The notes under the pieces: model-generated
Told to the model about the DNA's origin: nothing
The model's input: the letters and a program-made list of their open reading frames with translations, nothing else
Database searches by the model: none
Assembly: GCA_902625885.1 (NCBI GenBank)
Contig: CACODE010000004.1
Location: forward strand, 40,751-104,750
Direction of reading: 5' to 3'
Length of the DNA: 64,000 nucleotides
DNA from: an uncultured Candidatus Poseidoniales archaeon
GTDB lineage: Archaea; Thermoplasmatota; Poseidoniia; Poseidoniales; Poseidoniaceae
Shown: in pieces, positions 28,137 through 37,719 of the stretch
How positions within the stretch are numbered: the first letter of the stretch is position 1
Layout: each line of letters starts with the position of its first letter
Program-made: the position numbers and the translations under genes

Positions 28137-28802
28137 ATGGAACGGCCGCTCATCGTTGTGAACTTCAAAACCTATGCCTCTGCGTCGGCGACAGAAGCCG
28201 AACGTCTTCTCCAAGCAATGGAACAGGCCGCAGGTGATACGGCGACAATGGTTGCCGTTGCTTCGGCCTTTGATCTTGCTGTACTTGCCAACCAATCAAC
28301 CAACGTCGAAGTTTGGAGTCAACACCTTGACCCCGTTGGATTGGGCGGGTACACAGGTTGGCTTGAACCGCAGACGGCTCTTACTCGTGGTGCAAAAGGC
28401 AGCCTCATCAACCACGCAGAGCACAAGGTGGATTTGGACCATGTGCGCTCGTTGCTCTCGATGCTTCCCGACGGATTTCCCGTTTGTGCATGCGCTGCTG
28501 ACGTCGAGGAGGCGAAGGCATTGGCCGAACTCAACCCGACCTTCATCGCTGTCGAACCTCCCGAACTGATCGGTGGCGACATCTCCGTAACAACCGCCGA
28601 CCCGGCCATCGTCAGCGATACCGTGGCTGCGGTTAAGGCCGTCAACCCCAGCGTGCGCGTGCTGTGCGGTGCGGGCGTCAAAAACGGCATGGATGTTGCC
28701 AAAGCCTTGGAACTCGGCGCCGAGGGCGTCCTTCTTGCAAGCGGTGTGACGAAAGCTAAGGATGTTCACGCCGTATTAGCCGACCTCGTCGCTTCCCTCT
28801 GA
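28137..28802 (+). CDS. tpiA: triosephosphate isomerase (archaeal short type)
   Basis: 'LIVVNFKTY', 'INHAEHK', 'AVEPPELIG' and 'CGAGV'. An alternative GTG start lies at 28125. Confidence 0.85.
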   Translation: MERPLIVVNFKTYASASATEAERLLQAMEQAAGDTATMVAVASAFDLAVLANQSTNVEVWSQHLDPVGLGGYTGWLEPQTALTRGAKGSLINHAEHKVDLDHVRSLLSMLPDGFPVCACAADVEEAKALAELNPTFIAVEPPELIGGDISVTTADPAIVSDTVAAVKAVNPSVRVLCGAGVKNGMDVAKALELGAEGVLLASGVTKAKDVHAVLADLVASL

Positions 28803-29690
28803 AAGGGAAACCAAACGAATTCGCTGTTCTTCCTTCGCTTCCGTCAAGCCGTTCCCCGCAGGGCACCCCTTTCGGTGGTGGCAAATGTTGCAGGTCATCT
28901 CATGCCTTGCCAGTGGCAAAGCGGCCAGTGACGGGTCGGCAAGGGCGCATCGCTCTATCCACTTTGCTTCCCGCACGTCGTGTTCGACCAGGGCAAAGGC
29001 CTGCCTCATCAGTGTTGAGCTCAAGGGGACCTCGTGTTCCACCCAAACACCTCGCCGCCACGCTACGACTTTGAGGCGGAACGCCTCGATGTTGTCCGGA
29101 AACCCCGGTTGTTGGAGAGCCCAGTGAACCATCAGCATGTGCTCCAGAACTTGGTACCATCCTTGATGGGGCGATGCCCGAAACTGAATCCGAACCAATG
29201 TCCAACGATGGTGAGTGAACACGGCAACATCGGGCGCAGCGTAGAGCTTGACGCCGTCAATAAGTGCTGGGCGTTGACGATCGAAATACGCCCACCTTCC
29301 CCCGTCTCCACTCACGATGTTTCGCAAAGACAACGTCTGTTCGAGCCGTTCAAGTTGCCGCATGCTCTGTGTTATCTTCCTCGATACAAGTGAGGAATTC
29401 AATGTCAAGTTTGAGTTCTTCAGCAGCTTGTTGAACGCCTTCATGAAAGCCTGCAGTTTGTATGACGGCGACCAGATTTTGTGGTTGTAGAGGTCGGTCA
29501 GTCGTCTCCTCCACACCTTTCTCATCGTTCGTGTGAGCAATTCATCCAACGTGCGTGGTCTGGTGTTGTCGGCTGACCCTGGAGCATCGGGCCGTTTATG
29601 CGGCTTTGCGTACACCAGCGCCCAAAGCCTCGGGCAGGCGTTCATCAAACGCGAACTGGTTTGACTCCAAAACGAAGAGAGGGGTTGCAT
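28776..29690 (-). CDS. Cas4/RecB-like PD-(D/E)xK-fold protein with four-Cys cluster (stand-alone)
   Basis: N-terminal 'NACPRLWALVY' plus C-terminal 'CNICHHRKGC' (C-x2-C-x5-C) is the Cys arrangement of Cas4/AddB-type Fe-S nucleases. The expected (D/E)xK position reads 'LVRIQFR' and looks degenerate. Start taken at the internal Met so it does not overlap the upstream gene. Confidence 0.45.
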   Translation of the reverse strand: MQPLSSFWSQTSSRLMNACPRLWALVYAKPHKRPDAPGSADNTRPRTLDELLTRTMRKVWRRRLTDLYNHKIWSPSYKLQAFMKAFNKLLKNSNLTLNSSLVSRKITQSMRQLERLEQTLSLRNIVSGDGGRWAYFDRQRPALIDGVKLYAAPDVAVFTHHRWTLVRIQFRASPHQGWYQVLEHMLMVHWALQQPGFPDNIEAFRLKVVAWRRGVWVEHEVPLSSTLMRQAFALVEHDVREAKWIERCALADPSLAALPLARHEMTCNICHHRKGCPAGNGLTEAKEEQRIRLVSLSEGSDEVG

Positions 29691-29728
29691 AGGTTGTGCA
29701 CGGCCGTCAACACAGATAACGGTCTTGC

Positions 29729-32074
29729 TCAAAACACGCGAAGATCGATAATGTTGATGAGCGCGTTGATGGCCATCCAAAGGGCCATCGGCGTCAAAAT
29801 CCATCCGACAAATTGAGCGAAGACGTCACCACCAAACTTTCCAAACAGGCGCGAGAATGGCCCGCCCCAAGAGGAGACAATGCGGAGCAAGAGGACCACA
29901 AAACCACCGCTCAGCGTGAACAAGAGCAGGAAGACAAGCCCCATTGCAATGCCGCTTCCTCCTGCAAGTAACGATGAACCCACTGCCTGTGGGTAGAGGT
30001 GGGGGAAGGCCAACCAACCGAACCAACCCATCCAGATGCCAAGCAGAACGTCTCGGTTCATATCAATGGGGTCTCGCCATTCTTGGAAGGATTTAGGGAA
30101 GCATTTGTGCATGGCTCGACCCAGCAGATCGGCCTCGAGCGGAGCACCTCTTTTCGCCGTGAAGAAACACATTTCCAGCATCCAAAGCATCATGAGCACA
30201 TCAAGCAAGAACCGAGCGTTCATGCCAACGGGAAGGACGGTCAAGAGCAGGGGAGGCAAGTTGACCATCAGAATGCCTGCACCGCTTGCCAAGATGATGG
30301 AGCCCCATAGCAGGCCTGGAGGCAGCGGTTCCTCTGGTGCCGTCCATTCGTTCCTCGGTAGAGCGAGCAGGAGAAGAAACAGCCCCGGTCCGAAGAACAG
30401 GCCAAAATACGAGGCGATGGAATTGGGCCCACCGCTCTTGATGTCCTCGACAGCTTCCACAATGTCCAGCATGGCTGCGGAGGAGGCTTGCGAGAAGGTG
30501 ATGTGCATGCCTGGGTCAACCACCACGACGGCGTCAGAAGCACCGGTGGGTAAGCTGTTGGCAAAGGCGCTCTTTTCGTCAAGGTATACCGCCCATGTGG
30601 CGTTGGTTGAGGCTGATAGCGATACAACATCAGACATGCGTGCGTCTTCCCCGGTGATGATGTGAATCACTTCGGCCCGTTCACCGAGTTGGTCCATCGT
30701 GCGGTTGAATTCGTTTGCCTGGGTGAGTATTTGTTCCGAGCCCGGTAGAACGAGCCCGATGATGAGGGCCTCGTTGCCGCTCAGCAGTTCGCTGACCGAG
30801 AACGTCTTCCCGTCGGGGCTCGTGAGTTCAGCATCGAGGATTTTGGTGTTGTCAAGGATGACGGCGTCCGCTCCGAGGTTTGGTTGTTCAAACACGGTTG
30901 GTAGGGTTAACAGCGCCAACGCCAGCAGAGCAGCCATGATGGGTAATGGGAGCTCAACTCCCGTCTGGAAGGCGTTCCCGATGTAGCCCAGCAGGGCAAC
31001 AAGGGTTGTGAGGGTCAGCCAGAGGCCAGCACTGGCGAACCCGTCGTCGTCTCCAAACACCTCGAACCGATGAATACCTTCTGCATGACAGTCGCTGTTC
31101 AAGTCCCCGGCTACCGTTCGAAGGCAGAACTGCAGGTTCATTTCCCCGACCGGCAGGGGTTTGGTACCGGACCAAGTGAAGACGGAATTGTTGCCTCCGA
31201 GGTCCCGTGTCATGCGGATTCTGCCGGCGCTTGTTTCAACGAGCAATTCTCCGTTCCGAGTCGTTTTCTCGGAAGGCAACAACGGCCCCCAAATCTCCCA
31301 CTTTTCGTCGCGCAGATCCTCCAATCCCCAAGGCAGGCGATGCTCCAGTTCAACATGCGCCAGTCTTGAGGCATCAACCACCATGCGGGCCTCGGGTTCG
31401 TACAGCACGCCCTCAATGATGATGCCCCCACTGTTTTGTTCAAAGCCTCCCCACTGCACACGTGCCTGTGTGCCCAGACAACGGTGTTCTATAGAAAGAC
31501 TCAATGAAATTGTTTTGCCTTTGGGAACGACCAGTGTGGCGTTTTTGATTTCACCTGAGAAATTCATGGCTTGGTTTTCAGCGGTGGTGTCCAATGTCTG
31601 CGTGATTTCGCTGCTGTAAATCTCGCTGCCATTTACTGAGACGCTGTAGTACAGGGTGGTGCTCGAGTCGAGGATGGTTTGGCGTGTGCACGATTGCGGT
31701 CCACCGCCACCCTCGATAATGGCAGAAAAATAGACGCTCATCAACACCTCAGCGTCGATCGTCTGCTCAACTGGCGGGCTTTCAAGGGTGAACACGGGAA
31801 CCGGACCGTTCGTCAGGCCGACCGTGAACCCGCCCACGGCCGAGTCGGTTTGTCCACGCTGGAGCACCGCCTCTTCAACGTCTGAACCTTCGACAAAGAG
31901 GCGTTCCATCGGGAGAATGTCCCACTCAGTATAACCCGGTTCATAGGTGAGGTCTTGGTTGGCAGACACCACGCTGGAGACGCCAACGCACAGCAACAAA
32001 CACAGGGTCCCGACGGCCCATGCTTGACGCCCCATGCACGGACCAGCATGTTTCGGTTCAAGAAGCCAATGCAC
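29729..32074 (-). CDS. large membrane protein (N-terminal extracellular domain, central Cys-less redoxin-like segment, multiple TMs)
   Basis: 781 aa with a signal/TM near the N-terminus, a beta-rich ectodomain of about 330 aa, then more than 8 hydrophobic helices. Confidence 0.5.
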   Translation of the reverse strand: MHWLLEPKHAGPCMGRQAWAVGTLCLLLCVGVSSVVSANQDLTYEPGYTEWDILPMERLFVEGSDVEEAVLQRGQTDSAVGGFTVGLTNGPVPVFTLESPPVEQTIDAEVLMSVYFSAIIEGGGGPQSCTRQTILDSSTTLYYSVSVNGSEIYSSEITQTLDTTAENQAMNFSGEIKNATLVVPKGKTISLSLSIEHRCLGTQARVQWGGFEQNSGGIIIEGVLYEPEARMVVDASRLAHVELEHRLPWGLEDLRDEKWEIWGPLLPSEKTTRNGELLVETSAGRIRMTRDLGGNNSVFTWSGTKPLPVGEMNLQFCLRTVAGDLNSDCHAEGIHRFEVFGDDDGFASAGLWLTLTTLVALLGYIGNAFQTGVELPLPIMAALLALALLTLPTVFEQPNLGADAVILDNTKILDAELTSPDGKTFSVSELLSGNEALIIGLVLPGSEQILTQANEFNRTMDQLGERAEVIHIITGEDARMSDVVSLSASTNATWAVYLDEKSAFANSLPTGASDAVVVVDPGMHITFSQASSAAMLDIVEAVEDIKSGGPNSIASYFGLFFGPGLFLLLLALPRNEWTAPEEPLPPGLLWGSIILASGAGILMVNLPPLLLTVLPVGMNARFLLDVLMMLWMLEMCFFTAKRGAPLEADLLGRAMHKCFPKSFQEWRDPIDMNRDVLLGIWMGWFGWLAFPHLYPQAVGSSLLAGGSGIAMGLVFLLLFTLSGGFVVLLLRIVSSWGGPFSRLFGKFGGDVFAQFVGWILTPMALWMAINALINIIDLRVF

Positions 32075-32089
32075 CGATGAACATCGTCT

Positions 32090-32854
32090 TCAAAGGCTTG
32101 CCATGTAGGTGGCCATCAAGAGCACACCCCCTGTGATAGCGGAGGCATTCACTGCGCCCTTGCTCATGTAGCCCCGATTTTCAAGAAGCGCACCAAGATA
32201 GCTGTCGATTTGGCAACCCAACCATCCCACAAACGCCAACACGCCACCCATTTGAAGGCCGTCTGCTACAGAAGCGGCAGGAGTTGTGAGCCACCATGTT
32301 AGCAAGGTCAAGACCGCAACAACAGCCGAACCGACGGCTGCTGCCAGTTGGCCGTTGGGAGAAAAACCGCCGTTCTCGCCTTGTTTGCAGGGCTTCAACG
32401 TCGTGATCATGCGAACCCGGGTGTCCAAGCATCCGATTTCGCTTGCAAAAGTGTCGGATGCTGCCACCGCAACAGCGGCGCCAAAGAGCCAAACGACCGT
32501 TTCCCAATCCTCCGATAGATAGGCGTAAAGGCAAATCAGGCCCGGAATGGCTCCGTTGGCGACCACGTTGGTCCACCCCCGATGGCCGTCGCTTGATTCG
32601 CTCAGGCCCAACGCTTTTTTCTCCTCAAATCGCCACTTCGTGGCTTTGTGAGAGCCGAGGAGGAACCCAAGCAGGACCAGGAGCCACGTCCAATGGCCCA
32701 AGCCTCCGACGATGAGGCCGAGCATGGCTGCAGCGTTGGCCCCTTTGGCATCCAACATTTTGGTCCGTGAAGACATCACCAGGAGGAACACAACGAGGCC
32801 CAGAGTGACCGACAAATTTCCCAGATTTGGACCGCTGGAGAAGACGTCCATCAA
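32090..32854 (-). CDS. DUF92/TMEM19-family integral membrane protein
   Basis: Polytopic protein. 'GHRGWTNVVANGAIPG' resembles the conserved DUF92 motif. Confidence 0.5.
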   Translation of the reverse strand: MMDVFSSGPNLGNLSVTLGLVVFLLVMSSRTKMLDAKGANAAAMLGLIVGGLGHWTWLLVLLGFLLGSHKATKWRFEEKKALGLSESSDGHRGWTNVVANGAIPGLICLYAYLSEDWETVVWLFGAAVAVAASDTFASEIGCLDTRVRMITTLKPCKQGENGGFSPNGQLAAAVGSAVVAVLTLLTWWLTTPAASVADGLQMGGVLAFVGWLGCQIDSYLGALLENRGYMSKGAVNASAITGGVLLMATYMASL

Positions 32855-32945
32855 TCATCACCTGTAGACAGGACAAAATTGGTGTCCACCCTTACCCAGC
32901 GGCCGTTGGCTTTTGAAGACAGCACCCGATTTTAGAACAAACGCC

Positions 32946-34433
32946 TCACTCTCGTGGACGCAGAACGATGGTAGGGAGCCATCGAAGGATGCAAAACCAA
33001 AGAAACAGCACCATCAACACCAACCATGCCATCTGCAGGAGGAAACCAAGCGTGGAGTCGTTTTCCGCAAGGGCGACACCCACTCCCCAAGAAGAGCCGT
33101 TCCACAACGCATGACCACCTATGGCCAACAGCAATCCCGCCGAGATGGTCGTTGGCATGGGCCAAGCGTGGTTGGCATGGCGAGAGAGGAGTTTCTTTGC
33201 GGCAGGAGAGGGTTCTGTGGACCAGTTTGACTCCGGCAGAATTCGCCCTTTGCTATCGAAAAGCACCCACCTCGCATCGGCGTCTTCGGAGAGGTAGGCT
33301 GTGCCAGACAGCGACGGCAGGGTGTTGCCTTTGCTCAACCAGAAGCCGATGGCGTACCCGCTTAACCCGGTCCAAAGAGCATGGCCGGGAATGGAACTCA
33401 AACCTCTGAGCGTTGCCGTGAAGAAGTATGCGATGCTGCTGTAATCGGACATCAGCGCCATCGAGATGTAGGTTGCGTTCTCGAGCAAGGCAAACCCGAG
33501 GCCCACGGTTGAACCGACGTAAAAACCGTGTTTTGGTGACACGATGAGGTGACTGAGGGCGAGCACGGCCAACGCTTTTGCGATTTCCTCGCCCACGGGA
33601 GCGGATACAAACAGGATCAAGCCCTCACCCAGCGTTCCCGATGCAAACGGGTTCAAACCCATAGCGTTGATGAGAATGGGCGAGAAAATAGAGTTGATTA
33701 CGATCGCCGGCACCGCCGAGAGCATGCCGGCGGCCAACATCCACTCCGCATCCCTTCGCGAAATCTGAATGCCAAGGTGCCGGCTCGTGATGGACCACCA
33801 TGCGAACACGGGTGTTGAGAAGCCGATGAGCCATGCGGGAAGCACGACGGCCACAGCCAGCGTCAACGTGAGAACGTTCGCTCCTGCCAAGGTCAGTGGC
33901 AGAAGGCAGACGGTCGAGACACCGACGCCCATCACAAACAGCAGCCACAGATGTTTGGGCCGTGGCATCTCAAGCGGTGCCGTGGAGCGAAAAAGGTGGT
34001 GTTGCACGCCGGTTGGTACCGGCGAATTCACCACCATGCCTCCGGACAAAGCGTGCATGTTGGTGCCGTTTTGGTCCGGGTATGCTTGAATGGTGTGCGT
34101 TAATTTGGGTCTTCGTAGATAAAAAAACAACATCAGAAACGGAGAGATGCACAAGCCTCCGAAAAACGTGGCCACCGGGTCGAGGGGGCCCAACGTGCCG
34201 TTCATGTCCCCGTCGATGTACCCTGCAACGATGAGGACGGCGATTTGCGCCAGAAAGAAGCAGACGATAACCAAGCCCAACATTGAACGTACGGTTTGCC
34301 ACGGTGTTGATGCTCGCCAAACGGTCAATTTGTCGGGAACGGGCGAAAGTGGAATCTCCCGTACAAGTCCGGAAGATGGCATGGGCTGCAAGGCGTTCAC
34401 CTGGAGAGGGTACCCGCTCAGTTCGCCCATCAA
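32946..34433 (-). CDS. PrsW-family intramembrane protease-like protein
   Basis: 'APVGEEIAKALAV' (EExxK), 'GFALLENATY' and 'IPGHALWTGLSGYAIG' within a polytopic protein. Confidence 0.55.
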   Translation of the reverse strand: MMGELSGYPLQVNALQPMPSSGLVREIPLSPVPDKLTVWRASTPWQTVRSMLGLVIVCFFLAQIAVLIVAGYIDGDMNGTLGPLDPVATFFGGLCISPFLMLFFYLRRPKLTHTIQAYPDQNGTNMHALSGGMVVNSPVPTGVQHHLFRSTAPLEMPRPKHLWLLFVMGVGVSTVCLLPLTLAGANVLTLTLAVAVVLPAWLIGFSTPVFAWWSITSRHLGIQISRRDAEWMLAAGMLSAVPAIVINSIFSPILINAMGLNPFASGTLGEGLILFVSAPVGEEIAKALAVLALSHLIVSPKHGFYVGSTVGLGFALLENATYISMALMSDYSSIAYFFTATLRGLSSIPGHALWTGLSGYAIGFWLSKGNTLPSLSGTAYLSEDADARWVLFDSKGRILPESNWSTEPSPAAKKLLSRHANHAWPMPTTISAGLLLAIGGHALWNGSSWGVGVALAENDSTLGFLLQMAWLVLMVLFLWFCILRWLPTIVLRPRE

Positions 34434-34563
34434 TCGTCACTGAAAAACAGCATTCGGCAGAGGCCATCATCATTGCAGGTGCATCCACCCAAGCCGTTCT
34501 CCTTCATCAACGGTTTGAAGAAAAAAACGGTTGTTCAAATAGAAATGAAGTGAGTTTTGGTCC

Positions 34564-34881
34564 ATGTCGTGGTTCTCGGCCGCCTTCGCACCCCGTAGGG
34601 ACCACAAAGGGATGTCAACACCGAGCTACGCTGCCCGTTGGTGGCTACCAATTTGCACGCTCTCCTCTGCCGTATGGTCTTGGCAAGCCACCGATGGCTT
34701 TCTCGTTATGGCGGCAGCACTCACCGTCATGATCGCCACGCCTCTGCTCAGCATCGGCTGGTACGTTATCGGCATCGTGTCGGCTCGCGTAGCACCGAGG
34801 TACATCATTCCCCAGGCTGAGGGTGCTCACAAGGCGCGCCTTGAGCGAAAGGCACGACAGGCCCGGAACAAAGCCGCCTGA
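34564..34881 (+). CDS. small two-TM hypothetical protein
   Basis: 105-aa ORF with two hydrophobic helices and a basic tail. It competes with antisense ORFs. Confidence 0.3.
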   Translation: MSWFSAAFAPRRDHKGMSTPSYAARWWLPICTLSSAVWSWQATDGFLVMAAALTVMIATPLLSIGWYVIGIVSARVAPRYIIPQAEGAHKARLERKARQARNKAA

Positions 34882-36513
34882 TCAGCCGAGGAAACCGTAG
34901 GTCCAATCGTGGGGCGGTGCAAACGTCTCTTTGATCGAGCGAGGGCTGACCCAGCGCAAGAGGTTCAGCGGACTGCCCGCCTTGTCGTTCGTACCGCTGC
35001 CCCGTGCCCCGCCAAACGGCTGCTGACCGACCACGGCGCCCGTGGGTTTGTCGTTGATGTAGAAGTTGCCGGCACTGTACCGAAGAGCGGCCACGGCCGT
35101 TTCGATGTGGCGGCGGTCGGTGGCAAAGATGGAACCTGTCAGGGCGTATTCTGAAGTCGAGTCGCACAAGGTCAACGTGGCTTCGAAGTCGTCGTCAGCG
35201 TACACGTGAACCGAGAGCACCGGCCCAAAGATTTCCTCTTCCATGGTCTCGCTCTTGGGGTTGTGGCACACGATGGTGGTTGGCTGAATGAAGTAGCCAG
35301 TACTGTCGTCGTACGTGCCCCCGGTGACAATATCGCACTCCGGATCAGCAGCGGCGCGATCGATGTAGCCTGTGATGCTGTCGAAGGCTTTCTTGTCGAT
35401 AACAGCGCCGAGGAAGTTCCCGAAATCGGCGACATCCCCGACGGTGATTTTGTTCACCTCGGCGATGTAGTCGTCCTTGATGGCCTCCCACACCGAGTGA
35501 GGGACGTAAACCCGGCTGGCTGCACTGCATTTTTGGCCTTGGAATTCAAACCCGCCACGAAGCATGGCCACCAGCAAGGCTTGTCGGTCGCAATCCGGGT
35601 GGGCCACGATGAAATCTTTTCCACCCGTTTCTCCGACGATTCTGGGGTAGGATTTCATGTTCTCCAAATTGTTGGCAACGTCTCGCCACATCTGACGGAA
35701 CACACGCGTTGAACCTGTAAAGTGAATACCTGCTAACTCCCTGTGCTGGAGGCATGTATCGCCCACCACTGCCGCTCGCCCTGGGACGAAATTGATGACG
35801 CCAGCGGGCAGGCCTGCGTCCATCATCAGGCGCATCAATCGGTAGTTCGACACGTAGGAGTTTCTCGACGGTTTCCACACCCCGACGTTACCCATGATGG
35901 CGGCACTGGAAGGCAGGTTGGCCGCAATGCTCGAGAAATTGAACGGCGTGACAGAGAACACGAAACCTTCGAGCGGTCTTACTTCACTGGAATTCCACAT
36001 GGATGAGGGGGAGATGGGTGGTTGAAGGTCTTCGTAGATTTGGCGTGCGTAGTCGGCGTTGAAACGCCAGAAGTCGATCAGTTCGCAGGCCGAGTCAATC
36101 TCGGCCTGGTGGCAGGTTTTGGACTGGTTCAGCATGGTGGAGGCGTTGACTTCAGCCCTTCGCGGCCCCCTGAGCAACTCGCTGGCTTTGAGGAAGATGG
36201 CAGCACGAGCCTGCCAGGGCATGGTGGACCACATTTCGTGGGCCTCTAGGGCGGCATCGATGGCAGCGTTGACTTCCTTTTGTCCAGCCATGTGGACTTT
36301 GGCTATCACGTGGCCGTGGTTGTGCGGCATTACCTGCTCAACAACATCACCGGTAAACACTTCCTCGCCGTTGATGATGCACGGAATTTCAAGCACCTCA
36401 GCGGACTGACGCTTGAGTTCAGCTTCAAGTTCAGCGCGTTCTTTGCTGCCCGGCAGGTAGCCAAGGACGGGCTCGTTAACGGGGGTGGGTGGCTTGGGTA
36501 TGCTGTTCACCAT
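34882..36513 (-). CDS. pruA: 1-pyrroline-5-carboxylate (L-glutamate gamma-semialdehyde) dehydrogenase
   Basis: 'MVNSIPKPPTPVNEPVLGYLPGSKERAELEAEL' N-terminus, ALDH motifs 'ETGGKD' and 'EFQGQKCSAASR'. The tracked ORF has a low-complexity 138-aa extension that I reject. Confidence 0.85.
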   Translation of the reverse strand: MVNSIPKPPTPVNEPVLGYLPGSKERAELEAELKRQSAEVLEIPCIINGEEVFTGDVVEQVMPHNHGHVIAKVHMAGQKEVNAAIDAALEAHEMWSTMPWQARAAIFLKASELLRGPRRAEVNASTMLNQSKTCHQAEIDSACELIDFWRFNADYARQIYEDLQPPISPSSMWNSSEVRPLEGFVFSVTPFNFSSIAANLPSSAAIMGNVGVWKPSRNSYVSNYRLMRLMMDAGLPAGVINFVPGRAAVVGDTCLQHRELAGIHFTGSTRVFRQMWRDVANNLENMKSYPRIVGETGGKDFIVAHPDCDRQALLVAMLRGGFEFQGQKCSAASRVYVPHSVWEAIKDDYIAEVNKITVGDVADFGNFLGAVIDKKAFDSITGYIDRAAADPECDIVTGGTYDDSTGYFIQPTTIVCHNPKSETMEEEIFGPVLSVHVYADDDFEATLTLCDSTSEYALTGSIFATDRRHIETAVAALRYSAGNFYINDKPTGAVVGQQPFGGARGSGTNDKAGSPLNLLRWVSPRSIKETFAPPHDWTYGFLG

Positions 36514-36568
36514 GCGACAGCGTCGTCTCGGCGACCCTTGAACATCACCCATCCCATCTATGACGGTC

Positions 36569-37090
36569 TCAGAGGTAAAGGTGAGCGTGCTTGGCGCGAA
36601 CTTTGGCGATTTTTGGACCGACGACAGCCATGCAGTAGCCTTGATAGGGATTTCGAGCGTAGTAGTCGTGGTGTTTCTTTTCGGCAATGAGGAAATGGAC
36701 GGGTTCCTCGATGGTGGTGACGATGGGGTCGTCGTAGACGTTGCCCATGTCGGCAATCGTCGCCTCGGCCGTCGCCCGTTGGTCTTCTGAGAGTGGCATG
36801 ATGCAGGAACGGTATTGCGTGCCGATGTCGTTACCTTGACGGTTGAGTTGGGTCGGGTCGTGGACGGTGAAGAACACCTCAAGGAGGGTCTCAAAAGAAA
36901 CAATGGTTGGGTCAAATTGAACCTCAACCACTTCAGCGTGCCCGGTTGTGCCGCTGCAAACAGCTTCGTAAGTCGGGTGAGGGTCGTGGCCCCCAGCGTA
37001 GGCAGGTAGCGCCGATTCTACACCTTTGATTTGCTTGTAAGCGCCCTCCACGCACCAGAAGCATCCGCCACCAACAATCATTCGTTCCAT
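36569..37090 (-). CDS. msrA: peptide-methionine (S)-S-oxide reductase
   Basis: 'GGGCFWCVEGAY' active-site motif, 173 aa. Confidence 0.9.
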   Translation of the reverse strand: MERMIVGGGCFWCVEGAYKQIKGVESALPAYAGGHDPHPTYEAVCSGTTGHAEVVEVQFDPTIVSFETLLEVFFTVHDPTQLNRQGNDIGTQYRSCIMPLSEDQRATAEATIADMGNVYDDPIVTTIEEPVHFLIAEKKHHDYYARNPYQGYCMAVVGPKIAKVRAKHAHLYL

Positions 37091-37141
37091 GGTTGTACCT
37101 ATAGGGTGGTCTCATTTGAAGGTTTGATTCAGACACTAGGC

Positions 37142-37546
37142 CTAATTTTCCCAAGATGAGGTCGTCTGATCGTCCAGGACCACGACACCGATGATATCCG
37201 TTTTTTGGTTTTTACTTTGGAATACGTACATCGCACTTCCATGAAAATAGGGCTCGCCTCCACGATTTATCCTGTGGAAATCAACCAGAAGCGTTCCGGT
37301 GTTCTCTGATACGCTCGTGAAATCAAGGTTATTCAAACGGCTGGCAACATACCCATCGGCGTCCAGTGAGCCACGCAGCAATGAGAATCCATCCAAGAGT
37401 TCTTTTCTGTTTTCAAAAATGCTGGTCCCCGATGGTGATGAAGCAAAAAACGGTGTTCTGCATGTGTCTGCAATAGTAACGTAGTCCTTGTCTTCAAACG
37501 CCCGTATGTATTTCATGTACTGGTCCATTACCTGTTGTTCGTCCAT
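37142..37546 (-). CDS. NTF2/SnoaL-like small protein (hypothetical), low-GC
   Basis: 134 aa. Size and alternating pattern fit an NTF2-like fold. A hand-counted 100-nt sample is about 44% GC. Confidence 0.45.
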   Translation of the reverse strand: MDEQQVMDQYMKYIRAFEDKDYVTIADTCRTPFFASSPSGTSIFENRKELLDGFSLLRGSLDADGYVASRLNNLDFTSVSENTGTLLVDFHRINRGGEPYFHGSAMYVFQSKNQKTDIIGVVVLDDQTTSSWEN

Positions 37547-37565
37547 GAAACCTTTCCCAAGGTGG

Positions 37566-37577
37566 CCGTTATAGAGG
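37566..37577. promoter_or_regulatory. TATA-like element in the divergent island promoter region
   Basis: 'CCGTTATAGAGG'. On the minus strand, 'CTCTATAACG' is centred about 26 nt from the ATG at 37546, which is leaderless-type spacing. It is also about 19 nt upstream of the ATG at 37591 on the plus strand. Confidence 0.25.
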
Positions 37578-37590
37578 CATCGGAGAACAT

Positions 37591-37719
37591 ATGGCCACCA
37601 ATTTGAGGAGAGCGCTATATGATGGTGAAGGATGCCGGCGTCCTCAATACCTACAAGAGGTTGACAAAGAAATGAAGAAGTTAAACCTCTTGGTTAACAT
37701 GAGGACGGTTGGTGAATGA
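37591..37719 (+). CDS. candidate 42-codon upstream ORF coupled to the 390-aa gene
   Basis: Hand translation gives MATNLRRALYDGEGCRRPQYLQEVDKEMKKLNLLVNMRTVGE*. Its TGA (37717-37719) overlaps the ATG (37716-37718) of the next gene as ATGA. Confidence 0.2.
   Translation: MATNLRRALYDGEGCRRPQYLQEVDKEMKKLNLLVNMRTVGE
37654..37692. repeat. 9-bp perfect inverted repeat CAAGAGGTT-n21-AACCTCTTG upstream of the island operon
   Basis: Read directly from the sequence. It lies inside the candidate uORF, 24-62 nt upstream of the ATG at 37716. Confidence 0.6.

Noticed and set aside
36514-36927. 138-aa N-terminal extension of the P5C dehydrogenase ORF
   Set aside because: The extension is S/T/P/R-rich low complexity and overlaps the msrA 3' region. 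The internal 'MVNSIPKPPTPVNEPVLGY' matches the usual enzyme N-terminus.
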